A DNA stretch of 64,000 nucleotides, taken from NCBI GenBank assembly GCA_026393855.1, contig JAPKZJ010000071.1, forward strand, positions 12,567 to 76,566, written 5' to 3'. This DNA comes from Candidatus Aminicenantes bacterium (GTDB lineage Bacteria; Acidobacteriota; Aminicenantia; Aminicenantales; UBA4085). This document shows, piece after piece, positions 9,512 through 18,352 of the stretch; within the stretch, counting starts at the first letter, position 1; each line of letters opens with the position of its first letter. The notes under the pieces are model-generated. The model made no database searches, had not been told where the DNA came from, and worked only from the letters and a program-made list of their open reading frames with translations. A program made the position numbers and the translations under genes.

Positions 9512-10996
9512 TTACTTCTCGGACTTGGCCTTCATCTCGGCCTGGACTTTCTGGGCCAGCTCCTTGAGGGCGGCCTGCTTCTCGAGGACCATCTGCAGGT
9601 TCCTCTTAAGCTCGTCGCGCTTCTCCGCGATCTCGGTCTTGTCGAGCTCGGCCCGGATGGCGGTCTCCTTCTCCTGCAGGGATTCCAGCTTGCTTTTCAG
9701 TTCGTCGAGCGACGGCAAAGCGGTCGGGGAAAGAGACGTCTTGGAGGCGGACTGCATCTCGGCCGCTTTCATCTTGAGCATCTGCAGCTCCTTCTCCAAC
9801 CCGGCTTTCGTCTCCGGATCCTGGGTCTTGGCCAGCTCGGCTTCGATCATTTCGGCCTTCTGCTTCAGCTTCATCATCTGCTCGGAAAGAGGGGCCGACG
9901 ACTTCAGATGGATGCCTTGGGCCTCCAGTTTGGCGCCCAGCTCCTGGCGCTTCTGGGCCAGCTTTTCGAGCTTGGCCTTGATCTCGCCGCGCCGGGACTC
10001 GTCCTCGGTCGCTTGGTAGGCTCCCTTGAGCTCGATCATGGTCTGATCGATCTTGCGAAGCTCGTCGGCGGCCTGAGCGGCCTTTTCCTGAGACATCTTC
10101 TCCATCTTAGCTTGGTCGGACTTGTCCTGTCCGGCGGGCGCCGCCGAGGCGGCGAACCGGGGGACGGCGAAAAGGGCGACCAGAGCCAGGGCCGCGGGCA
10201 CGGCCAGCAGACACTTCCAGCGAGAAACACCGGCGGACCGGTTTCGGGACATCATCGTCATTCTCCTTTTAATTAGAGACTGCTTGAAGCTGTTCCCCAC
10301 TCCAAACAATCGGGCGCCCACGTGCTGCTCGAACACGAGCCGCCGGTACCCGCTGCCGCCGAAGCCCTGCGCAATGACTCCGGCGTCGGCCAGATACTCG
10401 TGGGTCTCTTGTAGCGATTTCTTGAACGGCCAGACGAGAGGGTTGAACCAGACGAGGACGACGGCCAGCTCCATCAATAAGAGGTCCAGGGAGTGAAGCT
10501 GGCGGATATGGATGCGTTCGTGGGCCAGGATCCGGCGGAGATCGCCGGGCTCGAGCCCGCGCTCGTTGAGGAAAACGAAGCCGAGGAAGGAGAAAGGCGA
10601 GAACTCGGCGCCAACGGCCACGATTCGGGTTCCGTTCCGGCGGCGGATGCCGCTTTTGCGGATCACGGAGGCCAGACGGACCAGGTGGGCGCCGAAGCGG
10701 ATGAGGAAGGCCAGCGCCCCGGCCGCATAGACGACGGCCAGAACGTCGAGGAGCCCGAGGCCCCGGGCGGGCAGCGGGCCGGCCGGGCTGGGCATCCAAT
10801 CCAGGATGGCCGAAGCCGTCCGGAACGGCGATGCCACAGGGAAGGCGGGGATGAGAAACGAGAGGGCCAGAGCCGCGATGAGGAAGCCCCGGTTCAGGTG
10901 AAAATGGGTCTCGTTGCGGAGGAAGACGACGTAGAGGGCATAGAAGAGAGACAGCCCGAGGGCGGCCTTGGCGGCATAAACCAGGAGCGGGATCAT
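9512..10996 (-). CDS. M56 family (BlaR1/MecR1-like) membrane metallopeptidase with helical-repeat C-terminus
   Basis: N-terminal TM helices, HERIH (HExxH), WFNPLVW, HEYLAD and SLIKRRMTM. Translationally coupled to blaI. Confidence 0.9.
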   Translation of the reverse strand: MIPLLVYAAKAALGLSLFYALYVVFLRNETHFHLNRGFLIAALALSFLIPAFPVASPFRTASAILDWMPSPAGPLPARGLGLLDVLAVVYAAGALAFLIRFGAHLVRLASVIRKSGIRRRNGTRIVAVGAEFSPFSFLGFVFLNERGLEPGDLRRILAHERIHIRQLHSLDLLLMELAVVLVWFNPLVWPFKKSLQETHEYLADAGVIAQGFGGSGYRRLVFEQHVGARLFGVGNSFKQSLIKRRMTMMSRNRSAGVSRWKCLLAVPAALALVALFAVPRFAASAAPAGQDKSDQAKMEKMSQEKAAQAADELRKIDQTMIELKGAYQATEDESRRGEIKAKLEKLAQKRQELGAKLEAQGIHLKSSAPLSEQMMKLKQKAEMIEAELAKTQDPETKAGLEKELQMLKMKAAEMQSASKTSLSPTALPSLDELKSKLESLQEKETAIRAELDKTEIAEKRDELKRNLQMVLEKQAALKELAQKVQAEMKAKSEK

Positions 10997-11376
10997 TCCT
11001 TCCCTCCCCTCTGCCGCTCGATCTCCTCGTCCAGGAGCCGGCGGACGCTCTCGAGCTCGTCCAGGCTCATATCCCGGCCGCCGGCGAAGAAGGACACCAT
11101 TTCGGGAAAGGAATCGCCGAAGAAGCGGCGGACGAAGGATCGGACGAACTTCTTCTTGTACTCGTCGCGGGCGACGAGCGGGAAATATTCGTGGGTTTTC
11201 CCATAAGCCTTGTGGCCGACCACCTTTTTCTTTTCCAGGATGCGAAGGATGGTCGAAACGGTGTTGTAGGCGGGCTTCGGCTCGGGCAGCTTTTCAATGA
11301 CGTCTTTGACGAAGCCCTTCCCCAGGCCCCAGAGGACCTGCATGATCTCTTCTTCCGCCCTGGTGAGTTCTTTCAT
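10993..11376 (-). CDS. BlaI/MecI/CopY family transcriptional repressor
   Basis: LTRAEEEIMQVLW...PAYNTVSTILRILEKK winged helix; FFGDS dimerisation region. Confidence 0.95.
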   Translation of the reverse strand: MKELTRAEEEIMQVLWGLGKGFVKDVIEKLPEPKPAYNTVSTILRILEKKKVVGHKAYGKTHEYFPLVARDEYKKKFVRSFVRRFFGDSFPEMVSFFAGGRDMSLDELESVRRLLDEEIERQRGGKE

Positions 11377-11385
11377 TGCACCCCC

Positions 11386-11427
11386 AATATAAAACTAATC
11401 TTTTAGTTTGTCAACTATTATTTTCGT
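11386..11427 (-). promoter_or_regulatory. Sigma70 promoter of blaI overlapped by a palindromic operator
   Basis: Minus strand TTGACA (11414-11409), 17 bp spacer, TATATT (11391-11386). Palindrome AAACTAA-N4-TTAGTTT at 11392-11409 and a degenerate ACTA-N6-TCGT at 11414-11427. Confidence 0.8.
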
Positions 11428-11495
11428 TTCATAACTAAACGCACTAATGATACGATCAAACTAAAGCTGCTGTTACAGATTAAAAACCAGCGAGA

Positions 11496-11908
11496 TTTTA
11501 TTGATTCCGGGAAACATTGGCGGATCGGAGTACCGGCCAACGGCGAAACCGCGCGGGTTCCGGCTTTTTACGCCTCTCCGCGAGGGCAGCCAGTCCTCGC
11601 TGGAACTATCGAAGCGACGTTCCGACGAGGGCTGTTTGAGCACGCGACAATCTACCGGAATCGCAACGGAGTGGATGGTCACCGTAACCGGGAGATCTCG
11701 AATGCGGAGTTCCGCCCTCGCGGGGACTGTCGAAGCGACGTCCCTACGAGGACTGCGAAGCGCTGGAGGCGCCGAGGAGAGAAGCGCAAAAAAGCGTGAA
11801 AAACCCGACGCCGCCCTCGCGACGACGGGCGAAGCGCCGGTCGTTACGAGGACTACCAAAGCGTTGCCGGGCCGGATTCCCTGCCGCACAGCCCGGAGAT
11901 GGGAGAAG
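11496..11908 (+). repeat. Dispersed structured repeat element, copy C (~410 nt, three module insertions)
   Basis: All family motifs present. Arms TCCGGG/CCCGGA, GCGG/CCGC and CCGGCC/GGCCGG. Modules at 11595-11630, 11715-11765 and 11814-11866. Ends are approximate. Confidence 0.88.
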
Positions 11909-11927
11909 GACCGCTTGAATCGCCCGG

Positions 11928-14057
11928 TCAGCGCGGCAGGTAATACTTGGTGACGTATTCCTGAACCATGCGCCGGGTGTGGTAGCGGGGCGTCAGGCCG
12001 GAGACGGCGTTGCGGATCATCTTGATCCAGCGGCGCGGCAAGCCGGAAGCATCCCGCTCGTAGAAGGCCGGGACGACCTCTTCGGACAGCACCCGGAAAA
12101 GGTTCTCGGCATCCACCCGGTCCTGCTCCCCGACGTCGGCCGGGTGGGAATCGGGGCCGATGGCGAAGCCATTGGTCCCGTCGTAGGCCTCCCGCCACCA
12201 GCCGTCCATGATGCTCAAGTTGAGGCAGCCGTGCACTCCGCATTTCTGGCCCGACGTGCCAGAGGCCTCCAAGGGCCGGCGGGGATTGTTCAGCCAGACG
12301 TCGCAGCCCGAGATCATGCGCCGGGCCACCTGGACGTCGTAGTTCTCGATGAAGACGAGCGAGCCTTTGAGCGCAGTGTGCTTGCTCAAGTGGATGATCT
12401 GCTGGATGAACCGCTTGCCGTCGTCGTCCCGGGGATGTGCCTTGCCGGCGAAGACGAACTGGACGGGCCGTTGGGCGTCCTTGGCCAGCTCGACGATGGC
12501 TTCGAAATTCCGGAAGACAAGCGGCGCCCGCTTGTAGGTGGCGAAGCGGCGGGCGAAGCCGACCGTCAGGGCGTCGGGGTCGAGCAGGGCGTCATAGGTG
12601 ATGAAGTCGCCCTGGCCGACGATGCGGCCCTGAATGAGCAGGCGCTTGCGGCAGTACTCGATCAGCTTGCGCCGCAGCTCGTAGCGGAAGGCCCACAGCT
12701 CCTCGTCCGAGACGAAGGCCGGGTCCTCGACCTTGGCCCAGAAGGCCGAATCATCGACCCTGTCGGCCCAATCCCCCTCGGCCTTGCGCGACCAGAACCG
12801 GTAGGTCGTCCCGTTGAGCCAGGAAGGCACATGGACGCCGTTGGTGATATGGCCGATGGGCACCTCGGCTTCGGTCCGCTCGGGCCACAGCCCATGCCAC
12901 ATAGCCCGACTGACGCGGCCGTGGAGCTCGCTGACGCCGTTGGCCGCCCGCGAGCCCTTGAGGGCCAGGACCGTCATGCAGAACAGTTCGCACTCGTCGG
13001 CCGGGTGGACGCGGCCCAAGCCCAGAAGCCTCTCCCGCTCGTGGGGAAACGATTTGAGGTAGCGCGAGGCCGCATACTCGACCAGGTCGGCGCTGAATCG
13101 GTCGTGGCCGGCCTCGACGGGGGTGTGGGTCGTGAAGACGCACTCGGATCGAACCTCATCCCAGGCCTTCTCGAAGGTCAGGCCGGCCGCGGTCTTTTCG
13201 CGCAGAAGCTCCAGGGTCAGGAAGGCGGCGTGGCCCTCGTTCATATGGAAGACCGAGGGGTCGAGGCCCAGGGCGCGCAAAAGCCGCACGCCCCCGACAC
13301 CCAGCAGCAGCTCTTGCATGATCCGGGTCGTGTGGTCGCCGCCGTAGACGCGGCGAGTCAGGTCCCGATGGGAGGGCTCGTTCTCGGGCAGGTCGGTGTC
13401 GAGCAGATAGACGCAGACGCGGCCGATGTTGGCCCGCCAGGCCCGGAAGCGGACTTGGACGGCGGCGATCGGGACGGATCCGACGACCGGCTCTCCCCTG
13501 TCGTCGAGCACCGGCTCCAACGGCAGATTCCGCGGCTGGAGGGTGGGGTAGGATTCGATCTGCCAGTTCTGGTGGTCGACCGACTGCATGAAGTAGCCTT
13601 CGCGGTAGAACAGGCCGACCCCGACAAAGCCCAGGCCCAGATCGCTGGCCGATTTGGCGTGGTCGGCCGACAGGATGCCCAGTCCGCCGGCGGTGATGGG
13701 CAGCGACTCGTGGAAGCCGAACTCGGCGCTGAAATAGGCCACCGGATGGTCGAAAAGATCGGGGGCGTTCTCGCGGCCCCAGGTCCGCTCTTCCTTTAAA
13801 TAGGCGTCGAAGGCGGCGAGCACGGCTTTGGCCTTGGCGGCAAAGGAGGGGTCCATCAGGCGGACGCGCAATTCATAGGCCGAGACTTCGTGCAAAACGG
13901 CCACGGGATTGTGGTAGAGATTCTCCCAGGCCCGCGGCGAAAGGTCTTTGAACAGCCCCTGGGCCGGGGGGTTCCAGGACCACCAAAGATTGCGGGCCAG
14001 GCGGTTGAGTCCGGCCGTCAGGGCTTGGATCTGGGCATTTCCGTTCGTCGGTTTCAA
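11928..14057 (-). CDS. glgP: Alpha-glucan (glycogen/maltodextrin) phosphorylase, GT35
   Basis: LARNLWWSW, AYFSAEFG, HMNEGH, FTTHTP, ARRFATYKR, FAGKAHP and PLP-lysine motif EASGTSGQK. Confidence 0.95.
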   Translation of the reverse strand: MKPTNGNAQIQALTAGLNRLARNLWWSWNPPAQGLFKDLSPRAWENLYHNPVAVLHEVSAYELRVRLMDPSFAAKAKAVLAAFDAYLKEERTWGRENAPDLFDHPVAYFSAEFGFHESLPITAGGLGILSADHAKSASDLGLGFVGVGLFYREGYFMQSVDHQNWQIESYPTLQPRNLPLEPVLDDRGEPVVGSVPIAAVQVRFRAWRANIGRVCVYLLDTDLPENEPSHRDLTRRVYGGDHTTRIMQELLLGVGGVRLLRALGLDPSVFHMNEGHAAFLTLELLREKTAAGLTFEKAWDEVRSECVFTTHTPVEAGHDRFSADLVEYAASRYLKSFPHERERLLGLGRVHPADECELFCMTVLALKGSRAANGVSELHGRVSRAMWHGLWPERTEAEVPIGHITNGVHVPSWLNGTTYRFWSRKAEGDWADRVDDSAFWAKVEDPAFVSDEELWAFRYELRRKLIEYCRKRLLIQGRIVGQGDFITYDALLDPDALTVGFARRFATYKRAPLVFRNFEAIVELAKDAQRPVQFVFAGKAHPRDDDGKRFIQQIIHLSKHTALKGSLVFIENYDVQVARRMISGCDVWLNNPRRPLEASGTSGQKCGVHGCLNLSIMDGWWREAYDGTNGFAIGPDSHPADVGEQDRVDAENLFRVLSEEVVPAFYERDASGLPRRWIKMIRNAVSGLTPRYHTRRMVQEYVTKYYLPR

Positions 14058-14327
14058 GAAGACCTCGCTTCGGGCGGTCCGGGCCGCGAAAATTCCCGGT
14101 CATGATAGTCCCATCAGAGGGCGCGATCAAGGGGGCTCCCCCTCACGGTAGCCTTATCCGATTGACTTGGATTTTATTTTCCAAGCAGCTTTATGACCAA
14201 GAACTCGTCCCAACACTGACGAGGGAGAGTAACGGGCTATCATGAAGGGCGCATCTGATCCCAATATTTCCGGCCAAGGCAACAATTCGGGTATGATGAG
14301 CGTATTTATCAGGTGGAGTCGTCCAAA

Positions 14328-16508
14328 ATGAAGAAGCCGTTCCCGCTCGCCGCAGCCCTCCTCCTGGCCCTCACCCCGGCGCTGGCTGCCAACGCCGGCC
14401 CGGCCGCCCAGGGCCAGACCCTGCTCAAACCATATAAAACGGAGACGCCTCCCGTGCTCGACGGCAAACTGGACGACCCCGTCTGGGCCGCGGCGCCTTC
14501 GGTCTCCGACTTCGAGACCTTCATCCCCGAGTTCGGCAAGAAGCAGCCCGAGAAGACCGTGGCCTACATGGCCTACGACCGGGAAAACATCTATTTCGCC
14601 TTCCGCTGTTTCGACGACCAGCCCGACAAGATCAAAGCCGCCGTCTCCCGACGCGACGACGTCATGACCGACGACTTCGTCTGCATCAACCTGGACTCCT
14701 TCAACGATCAGCAGTCGCTCTATGCCTTCTACGTCAACCCACTGGGCATCCAGGGCGACAGCCGCTTCGCCTCCAACAAGGAGGATTTCAGCTTCGACAT
14801 GGTCTGGTGGAGCGCCGGCCGGATCGACGCGCAGGGCTATACGGTCGAGATCCGGATTCCGCTCAAGAGCATCCGCTACGCCCACGCCGACCGGGTCGTC
14901 ATGTCGATCTTCTTCGAGCGGGCCATCAACCGGCGTCAGGAGCACGGCTCCTACCCGGCCCTCGACCCCAAGCGCGGCTACGCCTTCCTGACCCAGATGG
15001 CGCCCATGGAATATTTCGGCCTGAAGCGCTACAACCTGTTCGAACTGCTGCCGGCCTTCACTTACGGCAGCGAGTCGGTACGGGAGGGTGGCAGCCTGCG
15101 GCGGGGCCAGGACTCGCACGAGCTGAGCCTGACCGGAAAGTACGGGATCACCCCGAGTCTCATCCTGGACGGCACGATCAATCCGGACTTCAGCCAGATC
15201 GAGGCCGACGCCGGGCAGGTCGACGCCAATCTCCGCTACGACCTCTTCTATCCCGAAAAGCGGCCCTTCTTCCTGGAGGGCGGCGAGAACTTCAACGTCG
15301 GCGCCGTCCTCACCAGCCCCCTGCAGGCCCTGGTCCACACCCGGACGATCGTCGATCCCAAGGCCGGATTCAAGCTGACCGGCAAGATCGGCCGCAACGA
15401 CACCATCGCCTCGATCTTCGCCGTCGACGCCTCCCCTTCGTCCAGCACGGGTATTTCGGACGCGCCAGACGCCTGGTTCTCGATCTTCCGTTACAAGCGG
15501 ACGACGAGCCAGGACGGGTATCTCGGCGTCTTCTATTCCGAGCGCGACCAGGACGGGCGAGTCAATCGAGTTCTCGGTCCGGACGGCCAGATCCGGATCA
15601 ACCAGTCCGGCATGCTCAGCTTCCACGCCTTCGGCTCGTTCACCCGGGCCGAGAGGGACTCGGGCTGGTCCAACGGCCGGGCCTTGAGCCTGGAGTACTA
15701 CCACGACTCCAGCACGCTCGGTGTGGACGCCTCCTTCCACGACATCTCCTCGGGCTTCGAGGCGGACACAGGCTACTTGACCCGGACCGGGCTGACCAGC
15801 GCCGTGGTCAACATCGCGCCCCGTTTCTACCCCAAATCCGCCTGGTTCCGCCGGGTTTCGGTCGGCCTGGGCCTGGGCGCCCTGCACGACTACGACAGCG
15901 GCCTCACCGAGTCCTCCGCCTCCATCGGAACCGTGGCCGTCCTCAAAGGTAATTCCTCCGTCTCGGCTATCCTTCTGGCTTCAAATGAAGTCTTCCTCGG
16001 CCGCCGCTTCAACACCAGCGGTTTCACTCTGACTAGCCGCACCCAGCTGTCCAAGATGTTGTCCTTGACGGCCAACTTCTGGACGGGGAAATCCATCCGC
16101 TACGTCGCCGACCCTTATCAAGGCCACGGCTCCCGGGCCACTTTGACAGCCACATATCGGCCTTCGGAGAACATCAATATCTACCTGGCCTGGCAGTACT
16201 CGGACCTGTTCAAGGACGCGACAGGGGAGAAAGTCTACGACTACAACATCCTGCGCGGGCGGCTGACCTACCAAGTCAACAAGTATCTCTTCTTCCGGGC
16301 CATCCTGGAGTCGAACTCCTATAAAAAGACGCTGCTGGCCGATTTCCTGGCCTCGTTCACCTACATCCCCGGGACGGTCATCCACGTCGGCTACGGCTCG
16401 CTCTACGAGAAGCTCTCCTGGGTGGAGGGCGAGTACCGCGAATCGGATCGCTTCCTGGAGATGCGGCGCGGATTCTTCTTCAAGGCTTCGTATCTCTGGC
16501 GGCTGTAA
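14328..16508 (+). CDS. Exported CBM9-like plus DUF5916 membrane beta-barrel protein
   Basis: Signal peptide; PVLDGKLDDPVW (CBM9-like), TINPDFSQIEAD and FYPEKRPFFLEG; C-terminal FFFKASYLWRL. Confidence 0.8.
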   Translation: MKKPFPLAAALLLALTPALAANAGPAAQGQTLLKPYKTETPPVLDGKLDDPVWAAAPSVSDFETFIPEFGKKQPEKTVAYMAYDRENIYFAFRCFDDQPDKIKAAVSRRDDVMTDDFVCINLDSFNDQQSLYAFYVNPLGIQGDSRFASNKEDFSFDMVWWSAGRIDAQGYTVEIRIPLKSIRYAHADRVVMSIFFERAINRRQEHGSYPALDPKRGYAFLTQMAPMEYFGLKRYNLFELLPAFTYGSESVREGGSLRRGQDSHELSLTGKYGITPSLILDGTINPDFSQIEADAGQVDANLRYDLFYPEKRPFFLEGGENFNVGAVLTSPLQALVHTRTIVDPKAGFKLTGKIGRNDTIASIFAVDASPSSSTGISDAPDAWFSIFRYKRTTSQDGYLGVFYSERDQDGRVNRVLGPDGQIRINQSGMLSFHAFGSFTRAERDSGWSNGRALSLEYYHDSSTLGVDASFHDISSGFEADTGYLTRTGLTSAVVNIAPRFYPKSAWFRRVSVGLGLGALHDYDSGLTESSASIGTVAVLKGNSSVSAILLASNEVFLGRRFNTSGFTLTSRTQLSKMLSLTANFWTGKSIRYVADPYQGHGSRATLTATYRPSENINIYLAWQYSDLFKDATGEKVYDYNILRGRLTYQVNKYLFFRAILESNSYKKTLLADFLASFTYIPGTVIHVGYGSLYEKLSWVEGEYRESDRFLEMRRGFFFKASYLWRL

Positions 16509-16514
16509 AAGGAG

Positions 16515-16852
16515 CATCTCCCATCTCCGGGAAAAGCGGCCAGGGGGTATCGTCCCGGCGGCATCGGCCTCTGCTCGCCTTTTCCCACAGCTCTCTTCGG
16601 CGCCTCCAGCGCTTCGCAGTCCTCGTAGGGACGTCGCTTCGACAGTCCCCGCGAGGGCGGAACTCCGCATTCCAGATCAACCGGTCTTGGTGACCTCCCA
16701 CTCCGTTTCTTTTTCGATTTTTCTTTCCTAGCTCAAACAGCCCTCGGCGGCCGATGGCTTCCCTCGGAGAGCTATGGAAAAAGGCGCCGGCCTCGCGATT
16801 TCGCCGTTGGCCGATACCCCTATCCGCATTCCTTTCCCGGAGATGAGAGATG
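16515..16852 (-). repeat. Dispersed structured repeat element, copy D (338 nt, inverted)
   Basis: Terminal 19/20 inverted repeat CATCTCCCATCTCCGGGAAA / TTTCCCGGAGATGAGAGATG. Family motifs read on the minus strand; module at 16607-16657. Confidence 0.9.
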
Positions 16853-16960
16853 AATTTAATAAAAAAGCCCCCCCTCTCAGGTCCCACGGCCCGGTTGTCT
16901 CCCGGCCTTCGGATGTGATAGGTTGAACGGCGGAAACCCATCACTGTCCGGGAGAGAGCC

Positions 16961-18340
16961 ATGAGCAAACCCGCGTCCTTGTCCCGCCGCGATTTCATCA
17001 AAACGGCTTCCGCCGCCCTGACGATCCCGGCCGCAGCGGCTGGATCATTTAGGACAACTACGGAAGCCTCCGTCGCGGCGGGACCGACCATCGTCCCTTC
17101 GCGCGTCGTGACGGGCCGCATCCGGCCCAACGACACCCTGTCCTTCGGCTGCATCGGCGTCGGCCGCCAAGGCACGGGCGACATGCAGGAGCTGATCTAC
17201 CGAGGCCTGGAAGCGGGCGCCCGGGTCGTAGCCGTATGCGATGCCGACGCCCACCGCCGGGATAATGCCCAGTGGACGGCGGAGAAGATCTACGCCGCCG
17301 AGCTAGGGGCCACCGGCTACAAGGGCATCGACGTCTACGCCGATTTCCGCGAGCTTCTGGCCCGGCCGGACATCGACGGCGTGCTGATCGTCACCCCGGA
17401 CCATTGGCACGCCTGCCACGCCATCGCCGCGGCCGCGGCCGGCAAGGACATTTATCTCGAGAAGCCCCTGACCTACACCATCGCCGAGGGCCGCAAGCTG
17501 GTCGAGGCGGTGCGCCGGAACAAGCGCATCTTCCAGACCGGCTCCCAGCAGAGGTCGTCGGTCTATTTCCGGGTGGCGGCCGAAGCCGTCCGCAACGGCC
17601 GCATCGGCAAGCTGCGGACGATCAAGGTTCTCCTGCCGATCGACCAGGGCACCGGCGATCCCAAAGTCGTCCCCGTCCCCCGCTTCCTGGACTACAACGC
17701 CTGGCAGGGGCCGGCCGCCGAAATGCCCTACTCCGTCGACCGGGTCCACCCGGCGAACAGCCTGGACCGGCCCGGCTGGCTCCAGATCGAGCGCTACAGC
17801 CGGGGCATGATCACCGGCTGGGGCTCGCACATGATCGACAGCGCCCAGTGGGGCCATGGCACCGACGATACGGGCCCGGTCACGATCGAGGCCAAGGGCG
17901 AGTTCCCGGACCGCGGCCTGTTCGACGTCCACACGACGTTCAAGGGCCAGGCCGTCTTCGCCGACGGCGTCACGATGGACATGGAGACAGGCGAGGCGGG
18001 CGTGCGCTTCGAAGGGGACGCCGGCTGGGTTTACGCCGATCGCGGCAAGGTCCAGGCCTCCGACCCCGAGCTTCTGCGGGCCAAGCCGGGAGCGGGCGAG
18101 GTTAAGCTCCCGGTAAGCGGCAACCATATGAAGGACTTTCTCGAAGCCATGCGGACGCGCAAGGACCCCATCGCCCCGGTCGAAGTCGGGCACCGATCCA
18201 ACTCCATTTGCGTCCTGACCCACATCGCCATGAAGCTCGGCCGCAAGCTCCGCTGGGGCGCCAAGGCGGAGCGGTTCATCGACGACGCCGAGGCCGACCG
18301 TTGGCTGGACGTCCCGCACCGCGCACCCTGGACGCTGTAA
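16961..18340 (+). CDS. Tat-exported Gfo/Idh/MocA family oxidoreductase
   Basis: SRRDFIK Tat motif; GCIGVGRQG, TPDHWH, YLEKP, QTGSQQRS and WGSHMID. Confidence 0.92.
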   Translation: MSKPASLSRRDFIKTASAALTIPAAAAGSFRTTTEASVAAGPTIVPSRVVTGRIRPNDTLSFGCIGVGRQGTGDMQELIYRGLEAGARVVAVCDADAHRRDNAQWTAEKIYAAELGATGYKGIDVYADFRELLARPDIDGVLIVTPDHWHACHAIAAAAAGKDIYLEKPLTYTIAEGRKLVEAVRRNKRIFQTGSQQRSSVYFRVAAEAVRNGRIGKLRTIKVLLPIDQGTGDPKVVPVPRFLDYNAWQGPAAEMPYSVDRVHPANSLDRPGWLQIERYSRGMITGWGSHMIDSAQWGHGTDDTGPVTIEAKGEFPDRGLFDVHTTFKGQAVFADGVTMDMETGEAGVRFEGDAGWVYADRGKVQASDPELLRAKPGAGEVKLPVSGNHMKDFLEAMRTRKDPIAPVEVGHRSNSICVLTHIAMKLGRKLRWGAKAERFIDDAEADRWLDVPHRAPWTL

Positions 18341-18352
18341 GGGAAGACGGCG

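Noticed and set aside
11595..11866. Three module copies as a mini CRISPR array
   Set aside because: The units are diverged and unevenly spaced, the intervening DNA is conserved scaffold, and there are no cas genes.
11501..11953. ORFs over the repeat copies (942-1355, 11501-11953, 15981-16670, 50275-50625), three sharing MRSSALAGTVEATSLRGLRSAGGAE
   Set aside because: The shared peptide only reflects the identical DNA module. Starts, stops and frames differ between copies, and substitutions preserve base pairing rather than codons.
14216..14260. Hammerhead ribozyme core (CTGACGAG)
   Set aside because: No downstream stem II and GAAA motif.
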